49,778 nucleotides of DNA from Chloroflexia bacterium (GCA_038324555.1 JBBQIC010000001.1:1-49778); one strand, 5' to 3'. Counted from the first letter of the stretch, positions 15,882 through 24,391 are shown. A program made the numbers and translations. The notes: a model not told the origin generated them from the letters alone.

Positions 15882-17642
15882 TTACGGGAAGCACTTGGAC
15901 GAACCGCACATCAACCTCTTAATCTGCTCTTCGGCTCGATACACGATAGAACCGGGCGCGCTAGGCAGGGGCGCGTAGAAGAGCGAATCCGAGTACTGCT
16001 GTCCCTCGTGAGTAGCCCACCAAAGGAAGTAGGCCAGCACCTTGCCCTTGACGGTATCGGTCTGGTCCACATATACCAGCGCCCACACTGTGCCGGAGAT
16101 GGGATAGGCGTTGGTTCCTGGCGCATTGGTTATCGAGTAGCGCAGGTCGGCGGGTATGGAGGTATTTATCAGGCTATTTGCGGCCTCGGCGACATTGGCT
16201 GCTGTAGCGTCAGGGAAGTTGCCCGCCGTGTTCTTCACCAGCCCATATTGCAGGTTGTTGGTTTTCGCGTATGAAAGTTCGATGTATCCGATAGCTCCAT
16301 TTGTCTGCTTGACCAGTTGGGTCACACCTTCGTTGCCTTGAGCGCCTATGCCACCGGGCCACTGTACAGATGTACCGCGCCCGACCGTGGTCTTCCACTC
16401 ATCGCTGACCTTGCTGAGGTAGTCGGTGAAGATGTCGGTCGTTCCTGAGCCTTCCGAGCGATGCACTACAGCTATAGGCTGGTTGGGCAGGTTCACACCT
16501 GGGTTGAGTGCGCTTATGACCGGGTCATTCCAGGTGGTGATTTTCAGCAGGAAGATGTCGGCGATGACCTGCCCTGTGAGCTTGAGCTGGGTGTTCACGC
16601 CAGGAATATTATAGGCCGCCACCACGCCGCCCATAGCCAGAGGTATGTGCATCGCCTTGCTGGGGCCGCCCGCCTGGGCAAACTGGTCGTCGTTGAGCGG
16701 AGCGTCACTGGCTCCGAAGTCCACCGTCTTGTCGAGGAAGTTCTTGCGCCCGCCGCCTGAGCCGATTGACTGATAGTTGACCTTCACGCCCGAATAGAGC
16801 TTGTTGTACTCCTGGCTCCATTTCGACATGAGCGGATTCACGAATGTAGAGCCTGCCCCTGTCAGGTTGGCGTTGCCGCCTGGGTAGTTGACCTTCACAG
16901 GCGCGGGGGTAGAGGGGGTAGAGGGTGTCTGCGTAGGAGGCTGAACGGCATTATTCTTCGCGTCCCATCGGAACTTGCCAAGCTGGCTCAACAGCACGTC
17001 GTTGGGCGGCTGGTTCTCAGGGTGCATCTCGAAGACGGCGCGCTGGAAGTACTGGACCGTGTAGGTCTTGCCGTTTAGGGCGCTCTTCTCCTGGAACTCT
17101 TCGCTGATGGGATAGCCCTGCTGGGCCAGCCCGCCATGCTGCTCCCAATAGGCGCGGAACTTGCCGCCCACCGTATGCCCGGTCTCGCTGAACTTCAGCG
17201 CGTTATCGGTGCTCACTTTTTGGTTGGGCGCACCCGCCGAACCATAGCGATTCTTGTATTCGAAGGTGCCGAGCAGGGAAAGGAGTACGTCGTAAGGCTT
17301 CTGGTTCTCGGTGTGCATCTCGAAGACAGCGCGCTCGAAATATTGGGTCATGTAAGTTTTGCCGTCGGTGTCATTCTTCTCGTTTTTCGCGTCGGAGATA
17401 GGATAACCCTGCTGGGCCAGCCCTCCGTTCTGGTTCCAGTACTCAAGAAAGCGGTCGCAGACAGTCTTGCCGGTCTCTTTGAATGTCTGGCAATTAGCCT
17501 GGCTTTGTGCCTTCGCGGAAGCTACCAATGTGGACGCAGGTAACAGCCCTGCGACCAGCGCGAGAAGGGCAAACATGTTGAACAACCTGTGTAACTTGCC
17601 CTTAGAACTGTGTAAGCTTCCTAAACTTGGTGTGTTTATCAT
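15882..17642 (-). CDS. pstS: PstS-type phosphate-binding domain fused to two N-terminal 'GGL..GYPIS..GKTY..QYF.RAVFEMH' repeat modules
   Basis: ATG 17642 with AAGGAGG upstream and a signal peptide. Two ~75-aa repeats, then a Pro/Thr linker, then a PstS core about 85-90% identical to the neighbouring copy. Confidence 0.85.
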   Translation of the reverse strand: MINTPSLGSLHSSKGKLHRLFNMFALLALVAGLLPASTLVASAKAQSQANCQTFKETGKTVCDRFLEYWNQNGGLAQQGYPISDAKNEKNDTDGKTYMTQYFERAVFEMHTENQKPYDVLLSLLGTFEYKNRYGSAGAPNQKVSTDNALKFSETGHTVGGKFRAYWEQHGGLAQQGYPISEEFQEKSALNGKTYTVQYFQRAVFEMHPENQPPNDVLLSQLGKFRWDAKNNAVQPPTQTPSTPSTPAPVKVNYPGGNANLTGAGSTFVNPLMSKWSQEYNKLYSGVKVNYQSIGSGGGRKNFLDKTVDFGASDAPLNDDQFAQAGGPSKAMHIPLAMGGVVAAYNIPGVNTQLKLTGQVIADIFLLKITTWNDPVISALNPGVNLPNQPIAVVHRSEGSGTTDIFTDYLSKVSDEWKTTVGRGTSVQWPGGIGAQGNEGVTQLVKQTNGAIGYIELSYAKTNNLQYGLVKNTAGNFPDATAANVAEAANSLINTSIPADLRYSITNAPGTNAYPISGTVWALVYVDQTDTVKGKVLAYFLWWATHEGQQYSDSLFYAPLPSAPGSIVYRAEEQIKRLMCGSSKCFP

Positions 17643-17677
17643 TTTTCGTAAATCCTCCTTCAAATCTATGCCTCTTG

Positions 17678-18178
17678 CTAATGTGATGCGCGCTGCGTCC
17701 TTCTTAGTTGGATTGGTTCTTTGCGCGGCGCGCCATCCGGCTCCGGGTCTGATATGTGAACGAAGCCCCATGGCCGAGCGGTTACTGCTCCCCAGTCTGG
17801 ACTATTCAACAAGAAGTAAATCAGAGCTTCCGCTGTGGCACGGTTGGTGGCAATGGGTATCTCGTGGCTGTCACAGAGCTTGAGCAGTTCGCCAAAGTTG
17901 GGTTCGCGCGGCCCTGGGGAAAGTGGGTCTCGAAAGAAGATAACGGCCTGGATCTCGTTTTCTGCGGTAAGTTCACCGAGTTGCCGGTCCCCTCCCTGCT
18001 TGCCGGAGTCCAGCAAATGCACCCTCAGACCGGTCCATTTCTGCACTATCTTGCCCGTTCCTTCTGTGGCTACCAGGTGGAAGCGATTGAATTCGGCTCG
18101 GTGGTCCAGAACGAACCAGGCGAGCATCTCCTTATAGCGGTCGTGCGCGATCAGCGCCAGGTTAATACTGTGACTCAA
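17678..18178 (-). CDS. mgsA: Methylglyoxal synthase
   Basis: LALIAHDRYKEML...HLVATEGTGKIV...SGKQGGDRQLGELTAENEIQAVIFFRDPL...IPIATNRATA matches the MgsA signature. Confidence 0.85.
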   Translation of the reverse strand: MSHSINLALIAHDRYKEMLAWFVLDHRAEFNRFHLVATEGTGKIVQKWTGLRVHLLDSGKQGGDRQLGELTAENEIQAVIFFRDPLSPGPREPNFGELLKLCDSHEIPIATNRATAEALIYFLLNSPDWGAVTARPWGFVHISDPEPDGAPRKEPIQLRRTQRASH

Positions 18179-18223
18179 ACCGCAAACCTTCTGACCTGGA
18201 GCCTGCCAGGGTCCGTGTCGCTA

Positions 18224-18287
18224 ACTTTGGACTTTGGAGCTTGGACTTTAAACTTTCAGCCCTATCCTTCCTATCCTTCCTATCCTT
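18224..18287. repeat. Direct tandem repeats (actttgg units, then cctatcctt x3) upstream of mgsA
   Basis: actttggactttggagcttggacttt and cctatccttcctatccttcctatcctt. No complementary arm is present. Confidence 0.7.
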
Positions 18288-18368
18288 TTGTTTCATACTC
18301 TGATTATAGATGTCAGATTTTAGGAGATTATTAACGGATTCGAGGAAAGTTGTTAACAGGATGTTAAA

Positions 18369-20273
18369 TCAGCCGCTATTCGCAGTGCCTCTACCTTCGG
18401 AGGGCAGAGTGAAGAAGAAAGTCGTGCCCCGATTCAGTTGGCTTTCGACCCAGATATGCCCGCCGTGAGCCTGCACTATATGCTTGGCGATGGCAAGGCC
18501 CAGACCCGTCCCGCTCTCCCGATTGGATGCGCGCAGGGTCGAAGCTTCTCCCTCCACATCGCCACGAGCGCCAGTGCGTCCCTTGTCTACTTTGTAGAAT
18601 CGCTCGAATATGCGAGGCAGATCGTCGGGCGGGATGCCGATCCCCGTATCCTCTACCGCGATAACAATGCCTCCCTTTTGAGACGCCGCTTGAAGGGTTA
18701 TCTGACCACCCGGAGGGGTAAACTTGATGGCGTTATGGACGAGGTTGACCAGCGCCTGCTCGACCCGTTCGGCGTCAGCATAAGCGTATAGCGCGGGGTC
18801 GGTAGTCCGCGCGCTGAGGTTGAGATTGGCGCGCTCGGCCTGGGCCTTCAACCTCCGTACCGTGCTATTGAGCAGTTCTACGACCTGAACGGGCCTCTTG
18901 TTCAATTGGACCTTGCCCGACTCGATCCTTGATAACTCGAGCAGTTCCCGCACCAGTTGAGTGAGGCCGTCTAGCTCTACGTCTATCGTCCGCAAGAAAC
19001 CGCGCGCGACCTTCGGGTCGTCCTTCACGGCGGTTTCAAGGGTCTCGACGAGCAGCTTGATTGAAGCTAACGGGGTGCGCAGTTCATGCCCTATATTAGT
19101 TACGAAGTCGCGGCGCACGCGCTCTAACCGTCGCAGTTCGGTCACGTCCTGGAGCACCACGAGGCCCTTGGGCCGCCCCCCGTCAGCTCCTGGCACCAGA
19201 GTAACGACGGCAGCAATCGTATGCCCGGCTATCTCGGTTTCCAACTTCTGAGGTTCGCGCCGAGCCAGCGCCGCGCTCAACGCCCGGTGCAGATCGTGGT
19301 TGTGGCTCACTTCGATAAGCGAGCGTTCGGCGGCTTGCTCAGGAGCAGAACCTAGTAGCAACGCCGCAGCCGGATTGATGCCCTGGATGCGCCCCTGGGC
19401 ATCGGTGAGCACTACGCCGTCCTGCATATTGGCAAGGACCGCAGCCATCTGATTGCGCTCGGTGGTCAGTTGTAGGATAGTGGCGCTCAACTGGTCGGCC
19501 ATAGAGTTGAATTCCCGACTTAGTTCCCCTATTTCTCCACTGGTAACAAGAGTTGAACGCATAGACAGGTTGCCCCGCCCCAGGCTTTGGGCCGCGTGGC
19601 GCAACGTTGATAGCGGCCCAACTATAGAGCGGGCAAGGAGAGTGCTAAGTAGCACGGCAGGAATGCTGACAAGCAGCACCGCTATGATAAGGTCGCCCCA
19701 CAGGGCGTCGCGGGCGCTCTCGACCGAAGTCATAGGATAAGCGACGCGGGCCACGCCAATGACAGACGATGGACGGCGGACGATGGACGATGGTTGAGGC
19801 GTGCTACCGTCCATCGTCGGCTGTCCATCGTCCTGTAAATCAGTGACCGCCATCGCAACATATAACAAGCGCCGGTGTACCGTCGCACTGAGACGTATAT
19901 CGCTGCCCGGTTGGTCCTTTCTTGCCAGGGCTTCGCGCACTTCGGGACGGTCTTTATGGTTCTCCATGAGGCTGGGGTCTTGCTCCGAGTCACCTACCAC
20001 CGTGCCGTCCGGCCTGATAAATGTGACCCTGGTCCCGAAAACGCCTGATAGCTGGTGGGCGAGAGAATTGGTAGCCGTTATGGGGGCGTCACCGGCAAAA
20101 AGCGGTGCGGCGCTGTACGCAGAGGCACGTACCTCGTCGGCCAGGCGCGCCCGCAAGGCTTCTTCCTCACGGCGCTCGAACTCGCCCCCCAGCAACAGAG
20201 CCAGCACGCCCCCCGTGATCAGCGCCAGCAGCGCATAACTCAGGGCGATGCGGGTCCAGGTGGTTGAGAGCAT
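18369..20273 (-). CDS. phoR: Sensor histidine kinase, PhoR-like (TM-sensor-HAMP-PAS-HisKA-HATPase)
   Basis: H-box IGHELRTPLASI, N-box LVHNAIKFT, G-boxes EDTGIGI / GTGLGLAIAKHIV. Adjacent to an OmpR-type regulator and the pst genes. Has an in-frame gatggac-element insertion in the sensor domain. Confidence 0.8.
   Translation of the reverse strand: MLSTTWTRIALSYALLALITGGVLALLLGGEFERREEEALRARLADEVRASAYSAAPLFAGDAPITATNSLAHQLSGVFGTRVTFIRPDGTVVGDSEQDPSLMENHKDRPEVREALARKDQPGSDIRLSATVHRRLLYVAMAVTDLQDDGQPTMDGSTPQPSSIVRRPSSVIGVARVAYPMTSVESARDALWGDLIIAVLLVSIPAVLLSTLLARSIVGPLSTLRHAAQSLGRGNLSMRSTLVTSGEIGELSREFNSMADQLSATILQLTTERNQMAAVLANMQDGVVLTDAQGRIQGINPAAALLLGSAPEQAAERSLIEVSHNHDLHRALSAALARREPQKLETEIAGHTIAAVVTLVPGADGGRPKGLVVLQDVTELRRLERVRRDFVTNIGHELRTPLASIKLLVETLETAVKDDPKVARGFLRTIDVELDGLTQLVRELLELSRIESGKVQLNKRPVQVVELLNSTVRRLKAQAERANLNLSARTTDPALYAYADAERVEQALVNLVHNAIKFTPPGGQITLQAASQKGGIVIAVEDTGIGIPPDDLPRIFERFYKVDKGRTGARGDVEGEASTLRASNRESGTGLGLAIAKHIVQAHGGHIWVESQLNRGTTFFFTLPSEGRGTANSG
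19765..19833. repeat. gatggac-family hairpin, in frame in phoR
   Basis: gacgatggacggcggacgatggacgatgg-ttgaggcgtgctac-cgtccatcgtcggctgtccatcgtcc. Encodes DGQPTMDGSTPQPSSIVRRPSS. Confidence 0.85.
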
Positions 20274-20287
20274 GTGTGGTAGTTGAA

Positions 20288-21160
20288 TTAAGCCTTCTTT
20301 ACGCTCACGGGCTGATTGAACTTATAGCCTATTCCGAAAACGGTGTGTATCATCTCTGGGTTCGCGGGGTCCTCTTCGATCTTCAGGCGCAACCAACGCA
20401 CATGCACGTCTACGGTTCTAGTGCCGCCTACGAAATCGTATCCCCATACCCGGTCGAGCAAAACGTCGCGTGAGAAAACGTGCATCGGATGGGACGCCAG
20501 GAAAGCCAACAAATCAAACTCTTTCGGCTTTAGTTCAATAGGGGTGTCAAGGCGGGTAACGGTCCGACCCACCAGGTCAATGACCAGTTGCCCGGTAATC
20601 AGCTTATGGATCGTCTGCGCTTCTACGTCTATAAGCCCTTCCGTTTGGGCAGGTGAGGACGCCGCCTGAACTATTTCAGAGCGGCGTAGCATGGCGTGAA
20701 CGCGAGCGAGCAGTTCTCGTAGGCCGAACGGTTTGGTCATGTAGTCGTCCGCGCCAAGCTCAAGCCCCAACACCTTGTCAATCTCTTCTTCGCGGGCGGA
20801 GAGGATGAGGATAGGCACGGCCAACTGCTTCCGAATAACGCGGCACACTTCTAAGCCGCTCATGTCGGGCAGCATAACATCCAGAATGACCATGTCGGGT
20901 CTCTCGGAAAACGCTAAACGAATAGCATCTTCAGCGTTGCTAGCCGTCAGTACATTGTACCCCTCTCGCTCTAAATTATAGTCAAGCAGATTACGCAAAG
21001 TTTCCTCGTCATCCACAACCAGAATAGTCCGCGTCCTGGTTATGAGAGGAGATGCAAGATTGGCATTGCTAACTGTTTCGTCTGTGTTCAATCTCAATTC
21101 ATTTCTCTTTATAGAGCGATTCGCCCTCCGGCTACATGACGTGCCAGGCAATTCTACCAT
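20288..21160 (-). CDS. phoB: OmpR/PhoB-family response regulator
   Basis: Receiver ILVVDDEE...DMVILDVMLPDMSG...K, plus a winged-helix C-terminus (LTPKEFDLLAFL..., RTVDVHVRWLRLKIE). The start is uncertain: ATG 21160 or in-frame TTG 21091. The receiver begins at about aa 45. Confidence 0.8.
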   Translation of the reverse strand: MVELPGTSCSRRANRSIKRNELRLNTDETVSNANLASPLITRTRTILVVDDEETLRNLLDYNLEREGYNVLTASNAEDAIRLAFSERPDMVILDVMLPDMSGLEVCRVIRKQLAVPILILSAREEEIDKVLGLELGADDYMTKPFGLRELLARVHAMLRRSEIVQAASSPAQTEGLIDVEAQTIHKLITGQLVIDLVGRTVTRLDTPIELKPKEFDLLAFLASHPMHVFSRDVLLDRVWGYDFVGGTRTVDVHVRWLRLKIEEDPANPEMIHTVFGIGYKFNQPVSVKKA

Positions 21161-21195
21161 GTGAGGATTCTGGCTGCAATGCTGTCTGTGAGAGA

Positions 21196-21327
21196 GCAGG
21201 GTGGATGCAAAGTCGGTGGAGCGTGCCCCTTGACGATAGACGATAGACGATAGACGATTGAGCAGGCATCGTCTATCGTCTATCGTCTATCGTCTATCGT
21301 CGGATAAGCGACTTTGCACCAGCCCTA
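21196..21327. mobile_element. MITE-like element: ~18-bp TIRs around a gatagac hairpin core, flanked by an 11-bp direct duplication
   Basis: Direct repeat tctgtgagaga at 21185-21195 and 21328-21338. Left end gcagggtggatgcaaagtcg. The reverse complement of the right end is tagggctggtgcaaagtcg. The core is (gatagac) x3.5-ttgagcagg-(catcgtct) x4.5. Confidence 0.7.
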
Positions 21328-21346
21328 TCTGTGAGAGATCAATGTC

Positions 21347-21376
21347 TTGACACTGCGCGCTTGCGTGTCCTATAAT
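21347..21376 (+). promoter_or_regulatory. Near-consensus sigma-70 promoter for yceD-rpmF-fabHD (TTGACA-18 nt-TATAAT)
   Basis: ttgaca 21347-21352, tataat 21371-21376. Lies 64 nt upstream of the yceD ATG. Confidence 0.55.
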
Positions 21377-21439
21377 AGCTAAGTTGACTCGTAAAAGATG
21401 TCCGTAAAATTTGTTGTTAACTGCGGGTCGATATAAGGT

Positions 21440-22048
21440 ATGGAAAGCACTAATAAAGATTTGGTTTTCAATGTGTCACAACTCATGAAAGAGTCTGTGG
21501 GGGCGACCCGCAAATTAGAGTTGTATACGCCATCGCTCGTGCTCGGCGATGAGGACACAGACACAGATAGCGATGCCTTAGAGCTACAGGCGCGAAACCT
21601 GGAAGGTAATATCAAGGTCACTCGCCTCACAAGAGATTTGCTGGTGCAGGGGCAGGTCGAGGGAGAGGTTCTGGTGGAATGCAGCCGGTGCCTGGACCAA
21701 TTTTGGACGCCGATAGAGACGTCGTTGGAAGAAAAGTTCCAGCCTGCGGTAGACGTAGAAACGGGCCGTCCCGTGCATCGTGAGGCCGAGGAGGAAGACG
21801 ATACCGCGTTTGAGATCAGCGCGAACCACGAGATGGACCTCGCGGAGCCTGTGCGCCAGTCTATCCTTGTGGAACTGCCTCTCAAGCCATTATGTAAAGA
21901 CGATTGCAAAGGCTTGTGCTCACAGTGCGGCGCGAACCTCAACGAAGGGGCGTGCGACTGCGTGACCGAGACCGTAGACAACCGTTGGGAGGCGCTTCGG
22001 AAACTCCAACTCGAAGACCTGCCCAGCGGCGACAGCAACGTAAACTGA
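21440..22048 (+). CDS. yceD: YceD/DUF177 family protein (large-subunit ribosomal accumulation protein)
   Basis: CSRCLDQF...EPVRQSILVELPLKPLCKDDCKGLCSQCGANLNEGACDC. Conserved position upstream of rpmF. Confidence 0.85.
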   Translation: MESTNKDLVFNVSQLMKESVGATRKLELYTPSLVLGDEDTDTDSDALELQARNLEGNIKVTRLTRDLLVQGQVEGEVLVECSRCLDQFWTPIETSLEEKFQPAVDVETGRPVHREAEEEDDTAFEISANHEMDLAEPVRQSILVELPLKPLCKDDCKGLCSQCGANLNEGACDCVTETVDNRWEALRKLQLEDLPSGDSNVN

Positions 22049-22067
22049 AGAAGGAGCAACACCGACT

Positions 22068-22265
22068 ATGGGTGCGACACCCAAACAGCGCATATCGCGC
22101 AAGAGACGCGGAGACCGCCGCAGCCAGCAGCATATCAAGCCTCTACAGCTAGTAGAGTGCCCGCAGTGCCACAACCCACGCCAGCCCCACTACGTATGCC
22201 CCACATGTGGCACCTATCGCGGCCGCGAGGTCGTGCAGGTCAAAGCGGCCAGCGAACCGAGCTAA
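22068..22265 (+). CDS. rpmF: 50S ribosomal protein L32
   Basis: MGATPKQRISRKRRGDRRS...CPQCHNPRQPHYVCPTCGTYRGREV. Confidence 0.95.
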   Translation: MGATPKQRISRKRRGDRRSQQHIKPLQLVECPQCHNPRQPHYVCPTCGTYRGREVVQVKAASEPS

Positions 22266-22279
22266 CTTACTAAGTCGAA

Positions 22280-22345
22280 GGTTGGAAAGTTGGCAGGTTG
22301 AAATGTCCTAATGTTCCAACCTGCCAACTTTCCAACTTTCCAACC
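22280..22345. repeat. ggttggaa-family hairpin between rpmF and fabH
   Basis: ggttggaaagttggcaggttgaa, an 11-nt loop, then ttccaacctgccaactttccaactttccaacc. Confidence 0.85.
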
Positions 22346-23348
22346 CGGAGAAGCATTGGCGACTAAGTATGCAGCGATAACCGGCTGGGGAAGCGCGGTG
22401 CCCAAGAAGGTGCTCACCAACGCCGACCTGGAAAAGTTGGTTGATACATCAGACGAGTGGATTACCAGTCGCACGGGCATCAGCGAGCGCCACGTCGTAA
22501 GCCCAAACGAAAGCACATCCACCCTGGCGATTGCCGCAGCGCGTCAGGCCCTCGAACGCGCCCAGGTATCCCCCTGGCAAGTTGACCTCGTAATCTGCTG
22601 CACCGCGACGCCCGATTTTCTCTTCCCAGCCACCGCCTGCCTGGTTCAGCACGAGATTGGAGCCGAGAACGCGGGCGCGTTTGATTTGGAAGCCGCGTGC
22701 GCCGGGTTCATTTACGGCCTCAGCGTGGGCAGCCAGTTTATCAAGTCGGGCGCTTACAAGACCGTGCTCGTGGTAGCAGCCGAAGCCCTTTCGCGCTTCA
22801 TTGATTGGAAGGACCGGTCCACCTGCGTGCTATTTGGCGATGGGGCGGGCGCTGTGGTGCTCCAACCGTCCGACACGCCGAGCGGCCTGCTGTCGTTTGT
22901 GCTGGGATCACACGGCGTGGGAGCCGATCTTATCAAGCTGCCTGCTGGCGGCGCGGCCAAACCCGCTACCGATAACACGGTTGCGATGCGCGACCACTAC
23001 ATAAAGATGAATGGGCAGGAAGTGTATCGTTTCGCCGTGCGCATCCTGGGCGATTCGGCTATCGAAGCCCTCGATAAGGCCAACCTGGGATACAACGACA
23101 TTTCGCTGTTCATACCCCACCAGGCCAACACGCGCATCATCGACTCCGTCGCCAGGCGTCTGGAACTCGACACCGACAAGGTCTACATGAACATCGCCAA
23201 GTACGGCAACACGTCTGCTGCCTCTATACCCATCGCGCTTTGCGAAGCGATAGACGCCGGACGTGTCAAGGCTGGCGATAACCTGTTGTTCGTGGCATTC
23301 GGCGCGGGCCTCACGAGCGCGGCTGCCGTCGTCAAATGGGGATGCTGA
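22311..23348 (+). CDS. fabH: Beta-ketoacyl-ACP synthase III
   Basis: TSDEWITSRTGISERH, active-site Cys context EAACAGF, HQAN, and GNTSAASIP...FGAGLT. The first 15 codons of the ATG-22311 form are hairpin-element sequence. In-frame TTG 22356 (GGAG 6 nt upstream) is an alternative start. Confidence 0.9.
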   Translation: MFQPANFPTFQPGEALATKYAAITGWGSAVPKKVLTNADLEKLVDTSDEWITSRTGISERHVVSPNESTSTLAIAAARQALERAQVSPWQVDLVICCTATPDFLFPATACLVQHEIGAENAGAFDLEAACAGFIYGLSVGSQFIKSGAYKTVLVVAAEALSRFIDWKDRSTCVLFGDGAGAVVLQPSDTPSGLLSFVLGSHGVGADLIKLPAGGAAKPATDNTVAMRDHYIKMNGQEVYRFAVRILGDSAIEALDKANLGYNDISLFIPHQANTRIIDSVARRLELDTDKVYMNIAKYGNTSAASIPIALCEAIDAGRVKAGDNLLFVAFGAGLTSAAAVVKWGC

Positions 23349-23352
23349 TTTT

Positions 23353-23421
23353 GACGATGGACGATGGACGATAGACGTTAGTAAGCCATCGTCCATCGTC
23401 CATCGTCCATCGTCTATCGTC
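23353..23421. repeat. gatggac-family hairpin between fabH and fabD
   Basis: gacgatggacgatggacgatagacg-ttagtaagc-catcgtccatcgtccatcgtccatcgtctatcgtc. Confidence 0.9.
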
Positions 23422-23469
23422 GGGAGCGAAGCGACTACGAGCGCAAACCTGGGGACCGGCTCATCGGCG

Positions 23470-24372
23470 GTGGCCTGGGTATTTCCGGGCCAGGGTTCGC
23501 AAGCAGTTGGTATGGGCAAGGCGCTCTATGACGCCTACCCGCAGGTGCGCGGCCTCTACGACACCGCCGACCACATTCTGGGCTACTCGCTATCCGAACT
23601 CTGCTTCAACGGCCCCGCCGACGCGCTACAGCAAACCAACCACGCCCAACCCGCGCTCCTCGTAACGGAGCTTGCGCATCTTGAAGCGCTGAAAGCTCGC
23701 TACCCAGCAGATTTCGAGCAGCCGCTGTTCGTCGCGGGCCACAGCCTTGGCGAGTATTCAGCGTTGGTCGCTGCTGGCGCGCTGACCTTTCCTGATGCTC
23801 TCAGGTTGGTAGCCGAACGCGGCAGGCTCATGCAACAGGCGGGCGATGCGCTGGATCGTCCCACCGGCATGGCAGCGATATTGGGCCTCGAAGATAATGC
23901 GCTCAGGGAGGTGTGCGACCAGGCGGGCGTGGACGTGGCGAACCTGAACGCGCCCGGCCAGGTGGTCATAAGTGGACCCCTTGATGCGCTCGAAGTTGCG
24001 GGAAAGCTGGCGAAGGAACGCGGTGCGCGTCGGGTTATGCCTCTGCAAGTTAGCGCGTCCTTCCATTCCAGATGGATGCGGCCCATGTCCGAGGGGTTTG
24101 CCCGAACGATAGCCGAGACGCCATTCCAGGACCCTCATACGACGGTAGTGGCGAACGTAACCGCCCTCCCCGCGCCAACCGCTGCGGAAATTCGCAAGTT
24201 GCTGGTGGAGCAGACTTACTCACCCGTGCGCTGGGTCGAATCAGTGCAGTATATGGCCGCCGAAGGCGCAAGCACGTTCGTGGAGATCGGCCCCGGCAGG
24301 GTACTCTCCGGTCTGGTCAAGCGAATCATCCCTGACGCTCAAATACTCTCATCGGAAGATTTGCTAGTTTAG
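23470..24372 (+). CDS. fabD: Malonyl CoA-ACP transacylase
   Basis: GTG 23470 gives (M)AWVFPGQGSQAVGMG, GHSLGEYSAL, and a typical ~300-aa length. The longer ORF from 23263 overlaps fabH and translates the gatggac hairpin. Confidence 0.85.
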   Translation: MAWVFPGQGSQAVGMGKALYDAYPQVRGLYDTADHILGYSLSELCFNGPADALQQTNHAQPALLVTELAHLEALKARYPADFEQPLFVAGHSLGEYSALVAAGALTFPDALRLVAERGRLMQQAGDALDRPTGMAAILGLEDNALREVCDQAGVDVANLNAPGQVVISGPLDALEVAGKLAKERGARRVMPLQVSASFHSRWMRPMSEGFARTIAETPFQDPHTTVVANVTALPAPTAAEIRKLLVEQTYSPVRWVESVQYMAAEGASTFVEIGPGRVLSGLVKRIIPDAQILSSEDLLV

Positions 24373-24391
24373 TGCTTCTAACAAAACTCTG

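Noticed and set aside
21161-21346. Pho-box-like direct repeats upstream of phoB (ctgtctgtgagaga…ctatctgtgagaga)
   Set aside because: The repeated 11-mer is better explained as the target-site duplication of the MITE-like insert. I cannot define a Pho box for this lineage from sequence alone.
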